From: Podarcis liolepis
Lineage: Eukaryota
Direction: 5' to 3' (one strand)
Assembly: GCA_965112155.1 (NCBI GenBank)
Contig: OZ218098.1
DNA length: 64,000 nucleotides
Below, one piece after another: positions 13,152 through 25,631 of the stretch. The position numbers and the translations under genes were made by a program. Within the stretch, counting starts at the first letter, position 1; the number at the start of each line of letters is the position of its first letter. The notes under the pieces are model-generated. The model worked only from the letters and a program-made list of their open reading frames with translations, did no database searches and had not been told where the DNA came from.

Positions 13152-16100
13152 GTGAGTTGTCCTCCCAGTCGAGAAGCTCCCGGAGCCCAGGACAAGGCCT
13201 TTCCAGCTGGGGTTGGCTGAATTTAGGCAGCAGGTCAGTGGACAGGGAGGTTGTTCCACACACAGCTGTGTATGGAGGACCACCAGTGACTGGAGCTTGT
13301 TTCTGTTCCTGTGTTTATTTCTTCACAGATTTGTCCATATAAAGTAGATTAAAAATGAAACTTAAAAGGGAATATTGAAATCTACCCCCACCCCTGGGAT
13401 CTACTATGTTCTCAAACCATTTAGTAAAGTCAACAGAAATAAGAAATCAGTACAAACCACAAGGGTGGGGAGCATGTTTGCCCATCTGGATTTAAGTTTC
13501 ACATCCCTCACGGTTCCTCTTCAGTGATACCCATGAGTGCAGATGTCTTGTTAGTAGTACTGTTAATTAGGCAGCGGCAGTAACATGCCAACATAATGCA
13601 TACTAGCATTGGCAAAAGCATTAGTTAAAGAAGACATGTCCCTTCCTCCAAGGAGCATACGATCTAAATGCCAACAGTGTGGGGTACTTAAAGAGGAGAA
13701 AGGAGATGAGAAAGTCAAGAGAAATAAAGGATGAATGGGAGCAAATGTAGCTAACACCTACTGAGGCTTCATTTCTGTTGGGGATGAGCATTAAGCCAAA
13801 GGCCTTGCGTACTGGAGAGGGAGGGAGGGAAGGAGAAGGTATTGGACCACATAGTTCTGGGAGAGAGTTCTAGGCAGCATGTTGTGTCCAATGTACTCAT
13901 TCCATTAGCGCAAGGATTTCTCCTTGCGCAACCAAATTTTCCTCCTCTCTTCTCTCCCCGCACACATCCTGTGCCCCCCCATCTTCCCTGAGGTTGAGGG
14001 AACCCCTAAAATAAATTTGGGTGGGTGCAGCAAAGGAAGAGAGGAGGTTCTTGTGCTGACAGAACGTTGATGTAGTGCTGCTTTGGATATAGCCTATTAA
14101 GTTCCTCAGAGGAGAATGGCCATAGTCATTTAAGAAAGCAGGAGGCTTTCAGGTTGCCAAAGGTGGTAGACTCAGAGGAGTGAAAGTTGCAGGTGAAGAT
14201 ATAATGAGAAATATGGGCAGAAAGGTAGCTGTTGGGGTAGAGAGTTGTGGCAAGGAGAGAGATGCCTCTCGCTTGCTTTAAGCTTCAACTATTCTAAAAA
14301 AATTGATGATTTCATACACGCGCAGAATGCTGGGGCCAGAAGTGGTTTTGTAATAGTCAGTGGGCAGGTCTGCTTCACATGAAAATATTGTTACACACCA
14401 CCTCAATCTCCAAGCAGTGAGATATTCCAGGGGTACCCGGCGCACTTACCAGGACCTGTGTTTCCTTTTGGAAACCACAGCGGAATCTGTGGTGTCTTTA
14501 GGATATATGGTTTATTTACACATATGTACAACTTGCGTCTGCGTGGAGAGAGTGCAAAGCATTTACATCCCAAGAGCGTCCTGTTCCTCTCATTGCTACA
14601 GCTTCCGATTCCAAGAGATCCCAAATATTGTGTCTGACCCTCTCTGCAGTATAAAAGAGACTGCCCGCCTCGTACTCTGCCCCCATCGTCTCCGGCTTGC
14701 AAAACTGGCACTTTTTTCCTGTTTGCTTATCTCATCACCCTCTGCAATTCTGGCCCTCCCTCCTTAAACTCTGACCTTTAGTCTCTGCTATCTTTCACCT
14801 TAGGGAGGGGCTTTCCCCATTTTCTCTCTGGCCCAGAGAGTCTCCGTTAATGACCTTCTTAAATGGGTTAATGACTCGGCCATTCCCGTTATTATCTCTT
14901 GATGGTTCTTCTACCAGATAAAATTATTAGACATGGTAAAATTGGTTTAAACTCCAGTCCCCACTAGGTTCTGAAATTTAGGGGTTTGCTTAAATTCTAA
15001 CCTTTTACAGAATTCTGATATTTTAGGAGAGCCTAAAACCACAAAGCACTTCCTGATAAAGAATTTATTTTGAAACCTGTTGGGCCCTTTTTTCAATTAA
15101 AAAATCCTGCCTTCAGTCTTTTCAAAATAAACTGCCCAAATTATCATTAAGACAAAGCTGCTCTCTCTCTTTCTTTTTTCCCCTTTTGGTGCTGCCTCCC
15201 CCTCCGCTTTCCTAGGCAGAGTTGTTCGCTGAATGCATTTGACCTCCTGTATCCAGAATAGATTGATGAATCCAGGCAAGATGCTGTGATTATGATAAAT
15301 TATGCAAATTGAATACATTGTCATGTATCTACTTTGCAAGATTTATTCCTGTGGCAAATGTTGCAAGGGTCGCAGGATTTTTACCGGAAAGGAGAGTAGT
15401 GTAGGGTGCTGGGATAAAATAGTGATTGGAGATCACAGGGGAGGGATATGTAAAGAGGAAATATTGTCCTTTAGGCCTTGGAAGCAGCAGCAGCATCAGC
15501 AGGCTCTTTCTCTGGCATCAACTGCTTTTCAGGGGAAGGTTCCTTATTTCTTTTTAACTTGTACAATTTCTAGGTCTTTCATGCAATCTATAAATAATAG
15601 ATTGTATGATGATAATGAGACCTATAAATGTACTTTCAGAAAATAAATAAAGCTGAACTCCTGACAGTTCTGAATTAGCTGCTCCCTGATTCTGCATAAA
15701 GAAGCCAGGTCCTCTTGTCTACCCCCTCAGAGTGCAGCATCAGTTAAATTCCAGAGTATGAATATGTATCATTTGTTGCATAATTCCTGTGCAGGTTCTC
15801 TGACTCGTTTACAGCCAACATAAATCACAACACAGGTGATCTGCCTTGTATGTCAATATTATCCAGATAAGGAGTTTCAGGATGATCTTGAGGTGGAATT
15901 CACAGGGTGCAATTTACATGGAGAGGACAGCACATGGAAATGACCATGTACTCTACCTTCCCCACAATCATGCTTCCCCATCCTGCCAAACAGCTGAAGC
16001 ATATTGTTTGGCAGGCAGTAGAGGGGGAGAAATGCAATTTACACGCAGAATATGCATGCCAATTTGCATGTGGGTAGTGGCTTGGGCTCCAGCTGCACTG

Positions 16101-17709
16101 AAGGTCTCCAGGGGACCAATGTGGGCCACAGTTTGCTCCCATGTGTTTTAAGGAAAAACTGAATGAACGAAGGTTCCCATGTTCCCTGGCAAATATTCAA
16201 ATGCAAGTAGATTGGAGGTACCAGATTAATGTAAATCTAGAACTGACCCTGTGTCTGTGCATCTGTTTCTTCTTCAACAGAGGTCTTTCTAATCGTACTG
16301 TTGCACAAAAGTTTATTCTGCTGCTCATTCAGTTCTAGCTTAACATATCTTCTAATAGTGCAGTCCTATGCATGTCCCAGTGACCTGAATGGGACTCATT
16401 CCCAAGCAAGCGTGCATAGGATTGCAGCCTAAATTTGGGGAAATGTTCCAACTTGGCACTTTCAAGATGCAGCTGGCCTCCACCTTAACCGCTGAGCTCC
16501 AAATGCATGCCAACAGAGTTAACAATTAGACCAGCACAGGGAACAAGTTCTATGCCGTATACACAATCTTTCTTTCCTTCAAAACATTTTTGCTATCCTC
16601 ATCCCTCTGGAGTACAGAACTTGCTTAGGATAAACTTGAATCTAATGAAACACTATTTATAGTGAGGTATGAAATGAAAGTCTTGGATAATTGCAGTGCA
16701 CTGTAGTATTTTGGCAGTAGTGAAACAGTTCTTGTAATGAAACTTCTGGAAGAGAGAGATGCATGAGGATGCATAATGGCTTGGGTCTGGTAATCTTACC
16801 ATTCTTAATCAGTTGAAGGCTTTGCTGGAGCTGTGCGCATAATTGTGGGCCTGCTTCTCTTATATGCATGGGCTCACACTGAACAGCTTAAGCTGCCTTA
16901 TGCTAACTCAGCCCATCACACCCTCTGTTGGCTGACTGGCAACAGGTATCCAGGGTCTCAGGAAGAGGTATTTCACATTACCAACTCCCTGAGGTGTTTG
17001 GGTAGAAACTCGGGCCTTGAACATGCAATGCATTGTGTTCTGCCAGTGAACAATGATTCCGTTCACAAATTTCTCATCAGCTTGCAGTTAGGCTTATCAC
17101 ACAATTCTGTTGGATGTCAGGGTAGAATTTAGGCCCGAATCAGACTTAACACAATCCATTGTTGCCCTGATCAAGCAGTGCCCAAACCCAGTCTTCAATG
17201 AGCCCTTCTGACAAGCTCCAGATCAGTACCCTGTTTTGGAGTTGTGCACTGTGGTGGCATTGAAAGGCTTTGGGTTGTGTCTTCTGCCTCAAATGGATTT
17301 GTTGAGAACGTGGACTGAGTGGATCCAAGACCAGCTCGAGAAAATTTCTACCTGAGGGGAAATAAAATTTGATGTTTCACCGTTTCATATTCAGAAGCTG
17401 ACCTGGCTGGCCGTTGTATCTTACTTCTGCGCTGGTGATGTGAACAGCATCTTACATGAGCCAGAGAATAGCAAGCTAGCTTAGTGGGTGCAGGGACAGG
17501 TCACATGACAAACACGGCTCCATCCTCCAACCTATTGGTGCCACTTCCCCACACCAGAAACATCTGTTACCTGAGGCAGCCGCCTCACTTTGCCGGTCTT
17601 GAGTGGATCCATGCAGAACTTGGCACACAGTGAAACCATCATGTAATTCCTTTGCCACACACCCACATAACCCCACACATGCCTTGTCATGCTTCAGTCC
17701 CCTTCTAGC

Positions 17710-17995
17710 AGTTATTAGTTCTTATTATTATCATTAATTAAATTTCTTGTTGTTATTGTTGTGATTATTAGTTAGTTAGTTAGTTGTTAGTTGTAGTGAG
17801 TTAGTTGTTGTTAGCTATTATTATTATTAATTAAATTTCTTGTTGCTAATTTTTTTATTAGTTAGTTGTTATTAGTTAGTTGTTGTTAGTTGTTATTATT
17901 ATTAATTGAATTTCTGCACCACCCTTCATCCAAGGATCCCATGATGGTTTACAATATAAAAACACAGAAATACATATCATAATAACAAACAAAAT
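17710..17995 (-). repeat. AT-rich low-complexity tract (TTAG/TTG/TTA units) adjoining a probable LINE 3' end
   Basis: Mixed (ttag)n/(tta)n/(ttg)n runs at 17710-17905, followed by a segment resembling a reverse-complemented L2-type 3' terminus. Confidence 0.5.
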
Positions 17996-19097
17996 TGTAT
18001 TAAGGCACAGTAAATATGGAATGAGTTTCATGCTGGATGTCTGGAGAAGCAACTAGAAAACTACACATCATAGTGCTTTACCAGATGTCATTCTGCACCG
18101 ATTCATTCAGCTTGGTCAGTTCTTTGTGATTTGGCTTTTCCTTGGTGAATATCAGTTGGCTCAATTATTTTTAGGAAATATGAAATACAAATTCATGCCA
18201 GCTGGCGATCTGGTCTTTTATTTAGAAGTGTAATATTATGCACAGCACTTTAAAAGAAATTAATCAGTTCCAAATCTGATTTACATTAAATATATATAAT
18301 TCTACTCCCGTTAATATAATGATGACAAATTGATGCAGTGATCTTGTTATTATGTGTGCGCACTGCAGAGTCAATTATTCCCTAATGCAGCACTGTATTA
18401 AAACAAGCAATGTGTATTAAATTAAAATCAGCATAATGTGAACCCAACATCAAGAGGATGCAAATGTTAACACAGCAAAATTGTTTAGCAAAAGCAAGCT
18501 CAGCCAGATCTCTCAGAATTCAGAAGCCTCCCATTCAGCGACCAGATTTTCCATAGGTTCTCCAGGTTACTCCACAACAGGGCCCTGGTGCTTCAGTTTC
18601 CTGAGGAATGAAAGCAGCCACTTTTTATGCTCAGGGCCCATGCTGCAGAATAGCTTGCCACCCATTCATAATTTTTATGGATTGTTCCTGTTTGGAGAGC
18701 TTTGTCCACAGTTAGAAGAAAATCAACGGCGTGCATAGTTCTCTTCCAACTTAAGCTGCCATGAGTTAGAATGCCTGAGAAATCTCAAAGGACAATAGTA
18801 AATTACTAATGATTAACATACTGAAAATAAGCTGTTTTTCAAAAACGTATAACCTTCATGCCCTCTGCCTAGATAGATATGCCCATGCCCATATAAATAT
18901 ATATGAAATCTAAACATAGCAGCTGTGGAGAGAGAAGAGGAGGCAGAAGCTTAGCTCAGAACCTGATGGGGTCACAGCAGTATAGAAATTAAAGTTTCAT
19001 CTTACTTGTCTTTCTTGCGGGAGAGAGGAAAGCGGTGTTTGTGCAGATCACGTAGTCAATTGCTCACTAAATGGAATACAGCACCAAGCAAAAGCAT

Positions 19098-19504
19098 CAG
19101 GGGTGGAGAACCTCCAGTCGACAGGCCAAATCTGACCCAGCACAGGTCCCAATTTGGCCCCTGAGGCCATTTCCCCATAACTCATATACCTGCCCCACTC
19201 CTGAGGTCTTACGGGGATGTATTCCTGTGGGGAGCTCAATCAGACAGCTAATTCCTGCAGAAAACAACTTTGCCAGCCTTACACTCAACACTTTGCTGGC
19301 AAAGTGCCTGTGCTACAATTCCCAAGCGCCTGGCATCCAGCTGACTATCGGACACTTGGAAAACACAGCACAAGGGACTTAGACAAATGGGAGGGGCAAC
19401 CCATTTGACGTCCTAATTTGTCCTCCCACCTGTCAAAGCTGGACCACAGGGGTGGGGACAGATAACAATCTGGCCTACTGGGTCAAAAGGGTTCTCAACC
19501 CCTG
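19098..19504. mobile_element. Old hAT-type MITE
   Basis: TIRs CAGGGGTGGAGAACC / GGTTCTCAACCCCTG (14/15 match). No recognisable TSD. Confidence 0.55.
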
Positions 19505-20139
19505 CAATGTGGAACCGGCTCGAAGAGAACTTGCCAAGAAATTTCAGGCAACTGCCGACCAAAGTTCAGAATTACTCACCCTCCTCAACCTCTGCTGCAG
19601 CAACGTGATAATAAGGAGTGATTGAATAATTGCCATTATTGTACAACCTCCAATCAAGTTATGAAGTCACATTTCTTTTGAGTGAGAGTCAGGAGGCTCC
19701 ATTAGTGGATCTGGAAGACAAGACTTCGCTGTCATTGCGGGGGAGAAGCTGACACATGCATCCTCCATAGAAGCAATATAGAAAGCTAGGGGATAAAAAT
19801 AACCAGAGCTGCACAGAGGGATTAACACTTGTTTGCATTGCCACATAACTAATTTTGACACCTCCAACACATTTGTTCAGCAGAAGAGGAATGAAGGGTG
19901 GCAGCTGGTGTGGGTGAAAAGCTCCATCAAACAGGGCTGTGCTGTAAGTTTCTCACTGGCAGATGCAAAGCCCAAGGCAGTTTAGTGGGAGTCAGTGGCT
20001 GGAGATGGCTCTCTCTGCAGGAAACCTCGTGCCCAAGTTGGAATACGGGGGCTTTTCTATTCATTAGCTGCTTGGGTTATATTACACAGTCAGATGGATT
20101 GTACTGTTATCTGAAATGTGTCGCCGGAGGTTAACATTA

Positions 20140-20740
20140 TTAAAAACAATCTACGGCCATTTCTGGACATGGATAGCCCAGTTACAGCTACCCATGCGTT
20201 AGTAGCCTCCCAGCTGGATTATTGCAATGCGCTATGTATGGGGATGGTCCTTGAGGATGGTCCAGAGAGGGCAGCCAGAGTGCTAACTGACTTATCTGCA
20301 CAAGGCCATATTACCCTGGTTCTCAAGGATCTGGACTGGCTGCCTGTTTGTCACTGGGTGAAATTCAAGCTGTTAATACTGAGGTCCAAAGCCCTAAATG
20401 GCTTAGCGCCTGAGTATTCAAAGGGGCATCTCTCCCCATATTATCCTGCCCAGGCTTTGAGGGCACTACCATGTGGGCTCACCAGAGGGCTTCCTTGGCA
20501 AGAGCATCCCAAGGACACCCTCCCCTCGGAGTTTTGGCTAGCAAAAACTTTCATTGCCCCCCCCCCTCGAATGAGCTATTTTGTGCCCAAGATATACTTT
20601 GCTGTGTATTGAGCGATATATTAAACAGATCAAGATGGCGGCATTTTAAATTATATTTTATTGCTGATTTTATTGTTTATTGAGTTTTACATTGTTGTGG
20701 CTTTCCCACAGAGAGCACGTGAGGAGGGGATGGCCTACAA
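20140..20740 (+). mobile_element. L2 LINE ORF2 C-terminal and 3' remnant
   Basis: LRPFLD...THALVASQLDYCNAL...AARVLT...HITLVLKDLDWLPV...FKLLIL..KALNGLAPEY, a diagnostic L2 C-terminus. Confidence 0.85.
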
Positions 20741-21297
20741 GTTCGGTCAGTCAGTCAAGTCACTCCTTAAACCCAGTGGATATCAGATGTATCTGTCTGG
20801 CCTTCTCAGCAGGGGTTCCCCATCAGTTTTCTGTGGTCCTACCAATAGATATGGGGTGGGGAAACCTGTGGCCCTCCAAAGGCTGTTGGACTCCCATTAG
20901 CCCCAACCAGCATAACCAATGATGGGAGCTATAGTCTTTACAGGTACCCCCACCCCTGTGTTAGGTCTTCTTTTACAGCCCTCTGAGCACCCAGTTCCTT
21001 GTACCTTGCATGCCTTCATTCTCTCAGCCTTCATTCTCAGGCACTTCAGCAGGGCAGGACATGCGGCACACTCCCCGCCCCTCAGTATCTGCTGCCTGAG
21101 GCAACTGCCTTACTCTGCCTCATGGTAGGGCCACCTCTGCCTGTATCTTTCACAATGAGCCTCTGCTCTTCTACCCCTTTCCCTCCCGTTGTTGAAATTG
21201 AATTCTTCCTTTTAAACTTTGCTTATAGTGCTGCTGGGTACACAGTGTTGGTGAATCCCTAGCTACCCACAACCTTACTTTGCCCCAGAAGTATCTA

Positions 21298-21554
21298 CCG
21301 TATTTTTTGCTCTATAAGACTCACTTTTTCCCTCCTAAAAAGTAAGGGGAAATGTGTGTGCGTCTTATGGAGCGAATGCAGGCTGTGCAGCTATCCCAGA
21401 AGCCAGAACAGCAAGAGGGATCACTGCTTTCGCTGCGCAGTGATCCCTCTTGCTGTTCTGGCTACTGGGATTCAGATTTTTTCCCCTTGTTTTCCTTCTC
21501 CAAAAACTAGGTGCGTCTTATGGTCTGTTGCGTCTTATAGAGCGAAAAATACGG
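21298..21554. mobile_element. Tc2/pogo-like MITE with an internal 35-bp inverted repeat
   Basis: TIRs CCGTATTTTTTGCTCTATAAGAC / GTCTTATAGAGCGAAAAATACGG (1 mismatch in 23), flanked by TA on both sides. Confidence 0.88.
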
Positions 21555-22788
21555 TACATCAGAATGCACATGTTTGATTCATGGGTGTGTGCCCTAAGTT
21601 CCTTAAGTACACAGCAACACCCTGATGATGTGCATCCTTCTCAACCATCACCAGCACAAAATACATGGCAAGCCACAAATACTGTGATAGAGCATGTAGT
21701 CTCCTGTTGAAATATTGCATATCAAAGAATCACAGAGGCCGTTTATACAGGCATCCCATCCCACCCCCCACCCCCCACTTTCCTTCATGCAAACATGCCA
21801 AAGAAAGGAAATGCGTGAAATGGCACCAATGCACACAAGCAAGCAATTTCTATGATCATGGATGGTCCAAAAAACTGCAGCTGTGATTATAGAAATTGCT
21901 GCTGAGTATGATCACAGGGCTCTTGAGAGCAATTACACAAAGAAAAACATCTAGGGAAATGCCTGAGTGAATCGGCCCTTGCTGGGTAGCTATAAATGTA
22001 AACCTCCACGCAGCCCATGTGGCCTGAGTGACTTCTGCACTCTTCATTGTCTATCCTCCATTCTTCATGCATTGTGCCCCTTTACATTAGGAATCCCTGT
22101 ATGCCAATATATACAGCTCCAGGTCGGACACAGAGCCAAGCAAAATGTGGCAAGAGCAGCCCTGTTTGTTCATGTAGAAAGCAATGTGTGAGGGTCTAAT
22201 GTTAATGTCAGCTGAAACCTTCCCAGTCTTACCTCCCCACGGTCCATCACCCCAGACGCGTTCCCTCCACCTGGCTTACTTCCAACACTGGAGCTGGGCT
22301 AGGAGCTGCAGTGACAGACCTTGAGATGGTTAGGTGCTTGCTGGGTTCAGGTCGCCTTACCTATACATCCTTGATGATGTAAAAAAAATGGACATACATG
22401 CCCAATTTATATATGAATGGGCCACAGACACATTTAAAAAAAATGCATGCTCAAGTTTAACCCTTAAGGTTGGAGGGATCGGATGTGATGTAAATGAGCA
22501 GGCTGAACAAAGATAAATGTGGAAGACAGACATGGGAGGAATGTGGAGGGTGTGGGAAGAATAGGGTTGAAGTGGGGGTAGGGGAAGTTGTGACTGGTAA
22601 AGCTGTAAAAGGGCAGAGGGGAAACCAAAGGGGGGGGCAGGGAAATAAAGGACCAGAGGGTCAAGTGGAACCAGCATTTGATGGAGGAGTTGCAGCCAGG
22701 AGGTTTCCATTCATTGGGGACAAGTCTTGAACGAAGGTCACTCCTCCTGCTTTCTGACCTGTGTGATTTGTTTCCTCATCCCCCCTAG

Positions 22789-22893
22789 ATCTACCTGTCA
22801 TGGAAGAGTGGCCCAGGCGAAGTGAAGCACTGGAAGGATATGATTTCACACCCCCGGCAGGCTGTGGCACAGTGGCACCAGCTGAAGGCCTGA
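22789..22893 (+). CDS. SYT7: Synaptotagmin-7 terminal coding exon: end of C2B and stop
   Basis: ttcctcatcccccctag acceptor, phase 0. Encodes [34 protein letters not shown] followed by TGA, matching the SYT7 C-terminus with the WHxL motif. Not listed in the ORF track. Confidence 0.96.
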   Translation: MYLSWKSGPGEVKHWKDMISHPRQAVAQWHQLKA

Positions 22894-23480
22894 GAGGCAG
22901 GAGCCGAGGACTCGCTCTGGGTTTCAGTGCACCAAGTCAACATTTACTGGCCACACTCTCACTACTACTTTATGCACAACGGCTGCACCCTGGTCTCCCC
23001 CAGGGGGGGAAAGCTTGGGAATGACCACAGGCTAAGGGAGCGAACCTGAAACATGTACTAAACTCTGGGAAAGTGGTATCGGTGCCCAATGTGCTGGCTC
23101 AGCAGCGCAGAGCATCACAAGGAGCACCATTAATACCCAACCTCCTGCTTTAGCCTTTCCATCAGACTCCTTATGTAGAAAGAACGAGAGAGAGAGAAAG
23201 AGAGAGAGAGAGAGACCAGAGCAAAGCAGCCCTCCAGCTGAAGGTGGCCTCAGCACTGATTTGTTTGGAGTCACAGTGTAGCAATGGCACAATGGGAGGA
23301 GAGGGGTCCGCTACTGCCATACAAGACTTCCTATGAGTTCTTCCAGCCAAAGGCCCATTGGGATGGCACCCTACTCCGCCATAAGAAAGCTAACCCCATC
23401 CAGCGGCTGCACTGGCCTGAGAGGGGGCACTGCAAGGAGATCCCTTGCTCTGTTTCCATGAGGTGGTTTCGTTATCATTC

Positions 23481-23486
23481 AATAAA
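23481..23486 (+). terminator. Candidate proximal polyadenylation signal of SYT7
   Basis: First AATAAA I found downstream of the SYT7 stop (about 590 nt away). Confidence 0.3.
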
Positions 23487-25307
23487 ACTTGTAAGAGTAA
23501 TAAGAATAATATAAATAATAATGCTGGCTAGACCTTTTCCTAGCCAGGCCTCTCTGCAAAGGGGAGAGGAGCCACGAAGCTCCCCTAGCCCCCGTGTGTG
23601 TGTGTGTTGTGTGTTGTAACTATGCGTGCAGGGCATTCGTGTGTCACTTGTGTTCTCTTTCTCTCGCTCAGCCCTAGACAATTTGTTTCTCTGAGGGGCT
23701 TGATTCACTGCCCAGCAGGAATTGAGGGGAAGCTTATGCCATGTGGAAAAGGGGGGGGGGAGCAACAGATTTTGGAGCTTTGATTGAGAGGAGAGAGGAA
23801 AGAGAGGCAAGGAGGCCATTTCTTAACCATGCTGGAAGCCATGAAACACATGCGACAAGCTAGAGTGTGTGTGGTTGTAACATTAGGGAGAGCCTAGCTT
23901 TTAACTGCCCCTTTTGTTTGGCAGAGGCAAAGGAGACATGCTGAGCAGTCCTGAATTTTTTTTTGGGGGGGGGGTCAGGGCGGGAGCCATTCAAACTGAC
24001 CCCTCTCAACATCCCAATGTGCTTGTCACACATGGCCCCAAGCAACCATCCTACTTTAATGATGCCTCCCCATTTTCTCTCCTCCACTCAGCCAGCCACA
24101 TGCACCCTAACCCACCACCGTCTCTCTTGGATTCCAAAGCTTGTTTTCACTCAGTGTGCAGCCCTTCCCTTGGAAACCAGCAAACACACAACTGTGCAAT
24201 TTCTACTTAATTAGCCACCCACTTTCTGTACCCTTCTGCAGCTATGTTAAAAGAGTTTGCCTAGAAACTGACTTCTCTCATTTGCATTCACACACCCCAA
24301 ATATAGGTTGCATCAAGAAAATTAGTGCCCATGATGTAGAAGGATGTGATTTTTCAGCGAAACCAGTACTTCCCGGAAGTGGCGTTGAGGAATTGACTTT
24401 ATGATAGCAAAACAACCCAGTAACTCCAACTTAAATCTTGGGTTTCTATTTGTCTTTGATGAAATGTTTCATCTCTTCTCTGCTTTTTATTCTTCACTGC
24501 CTGATAGGGTACCAGGGAAAAGTCAACTCTCCCGGACATTCGGTCAAAATGGCAAAGAGACCATCTCAAGGCTTCATAGGTGAGAGCAGGGACTAAGGGG
24601 CACTGACAAGAAAGATTTGTGTCTGATTCCAGTGCTTCTTTGGATCTTTATGTCAGTCTTCCCACATTTTTCCTGCAAACAGAGAACAAGGATTAATCTG
24701 CACAACCCTTTTTGAATGTGTTAAAGGCAACATGTTTTATTTCAGTTACTTGGGAAACACTTTTGGGTTAATCTTTTGAATATATTGACAGGTGTCCTAA
24801 CCCATTGCATCCTGTGGAGAAGCAGTAATCCGAAAGCAAGTCAGGCCAGTTCTCCAGGCCACTTCTCACAAGCACTCTGCACAGCTTTTCTTCTCCCCAC
24901 CCCAAAGGCTAGAATGTGCCATCAAAGAGGGTCATCTGCATGATTCAGTATGAGCGTGCAGGTCAGTCTTGCACCACGCTGCAGACCCTCCGTGCGTAGG
25001 AGGTGAGCAGTGATGTGAATGTGACAAACCATTCATACAATCCATTTGCCATTTCCAAGGCTCAAGCTGCAAGGGGGAAATGATGCTGGGGTAGATAAGG
25101 CAGAATGGTTTTGTGGAGACGGAGCCTCAGTCTGAACACATATTGAAATATTTGCGGCAGCTATTCGACAGAGCAAAAACCACTCGTAAGACAATTCATT
25201 TTGGCTTTGAGGTGTCCTAGGTGATTGTGTGCAGGGCTGGCGCAGGACATTTTGTTGCCTGAGGCTTAGGACAAGATGGCAGCTCCCTGCATTCAACATC
25301 CAGATGC

Positions 25308-25435
25308 NNNNNNNNNNNNNNNNNNNNNNNNNNNNNNNNNNNNNNNNNNNNNNNNNNNNNNNNNNNNNNNNNNNNNNNNNNNNNNNNNNNNNNNNNNNNN
25401 NNNNNNNNNNNNNNNNNNNNNNNNNNNNNNNNNNN
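25308..25435. other. Assembly gap (128 N)
   Basis: Run of n characters. Confidence 1.
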
Positions 25436-25555
25436 TCACATAAGTATGAAAGAATAAACCACAAAAAAAGAAAATAGAAAATAAAACATTTCCACACAAT
25501 ATTAAACCCACATTTTGGGGTTACTCAGATCCCTCTAGCCGTGGCCGAGTCTTAA

Positions 25556-25582
25556 TTCAGCACCAGGGATTGGACAGTGTCC
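25556..25582 (+). promoter_or_regulatory. Non-canonical (7-nt spacer) REST/NRSF RE1 element
   Basis: TTCAGCACC-agggatt-GGACAG-tgtcc: both RE1 half-sites are intact, with an expanded spacer. Confidence 0.5.
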
Positions 25583-25631
25583 TTCACCATACCAGAGGCA
25601 GCAAGCTAGTTGCAAAGGGGGGCAGGACATG

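Noticed and set aside
22894-23055. Open frame of about 53 codons after the SYT7 TGA (possible stop read-through)
   Set aside because: The stop context is TGA-G, not the TGA-CTAG read-through motif, and the extension has no recognisable features.
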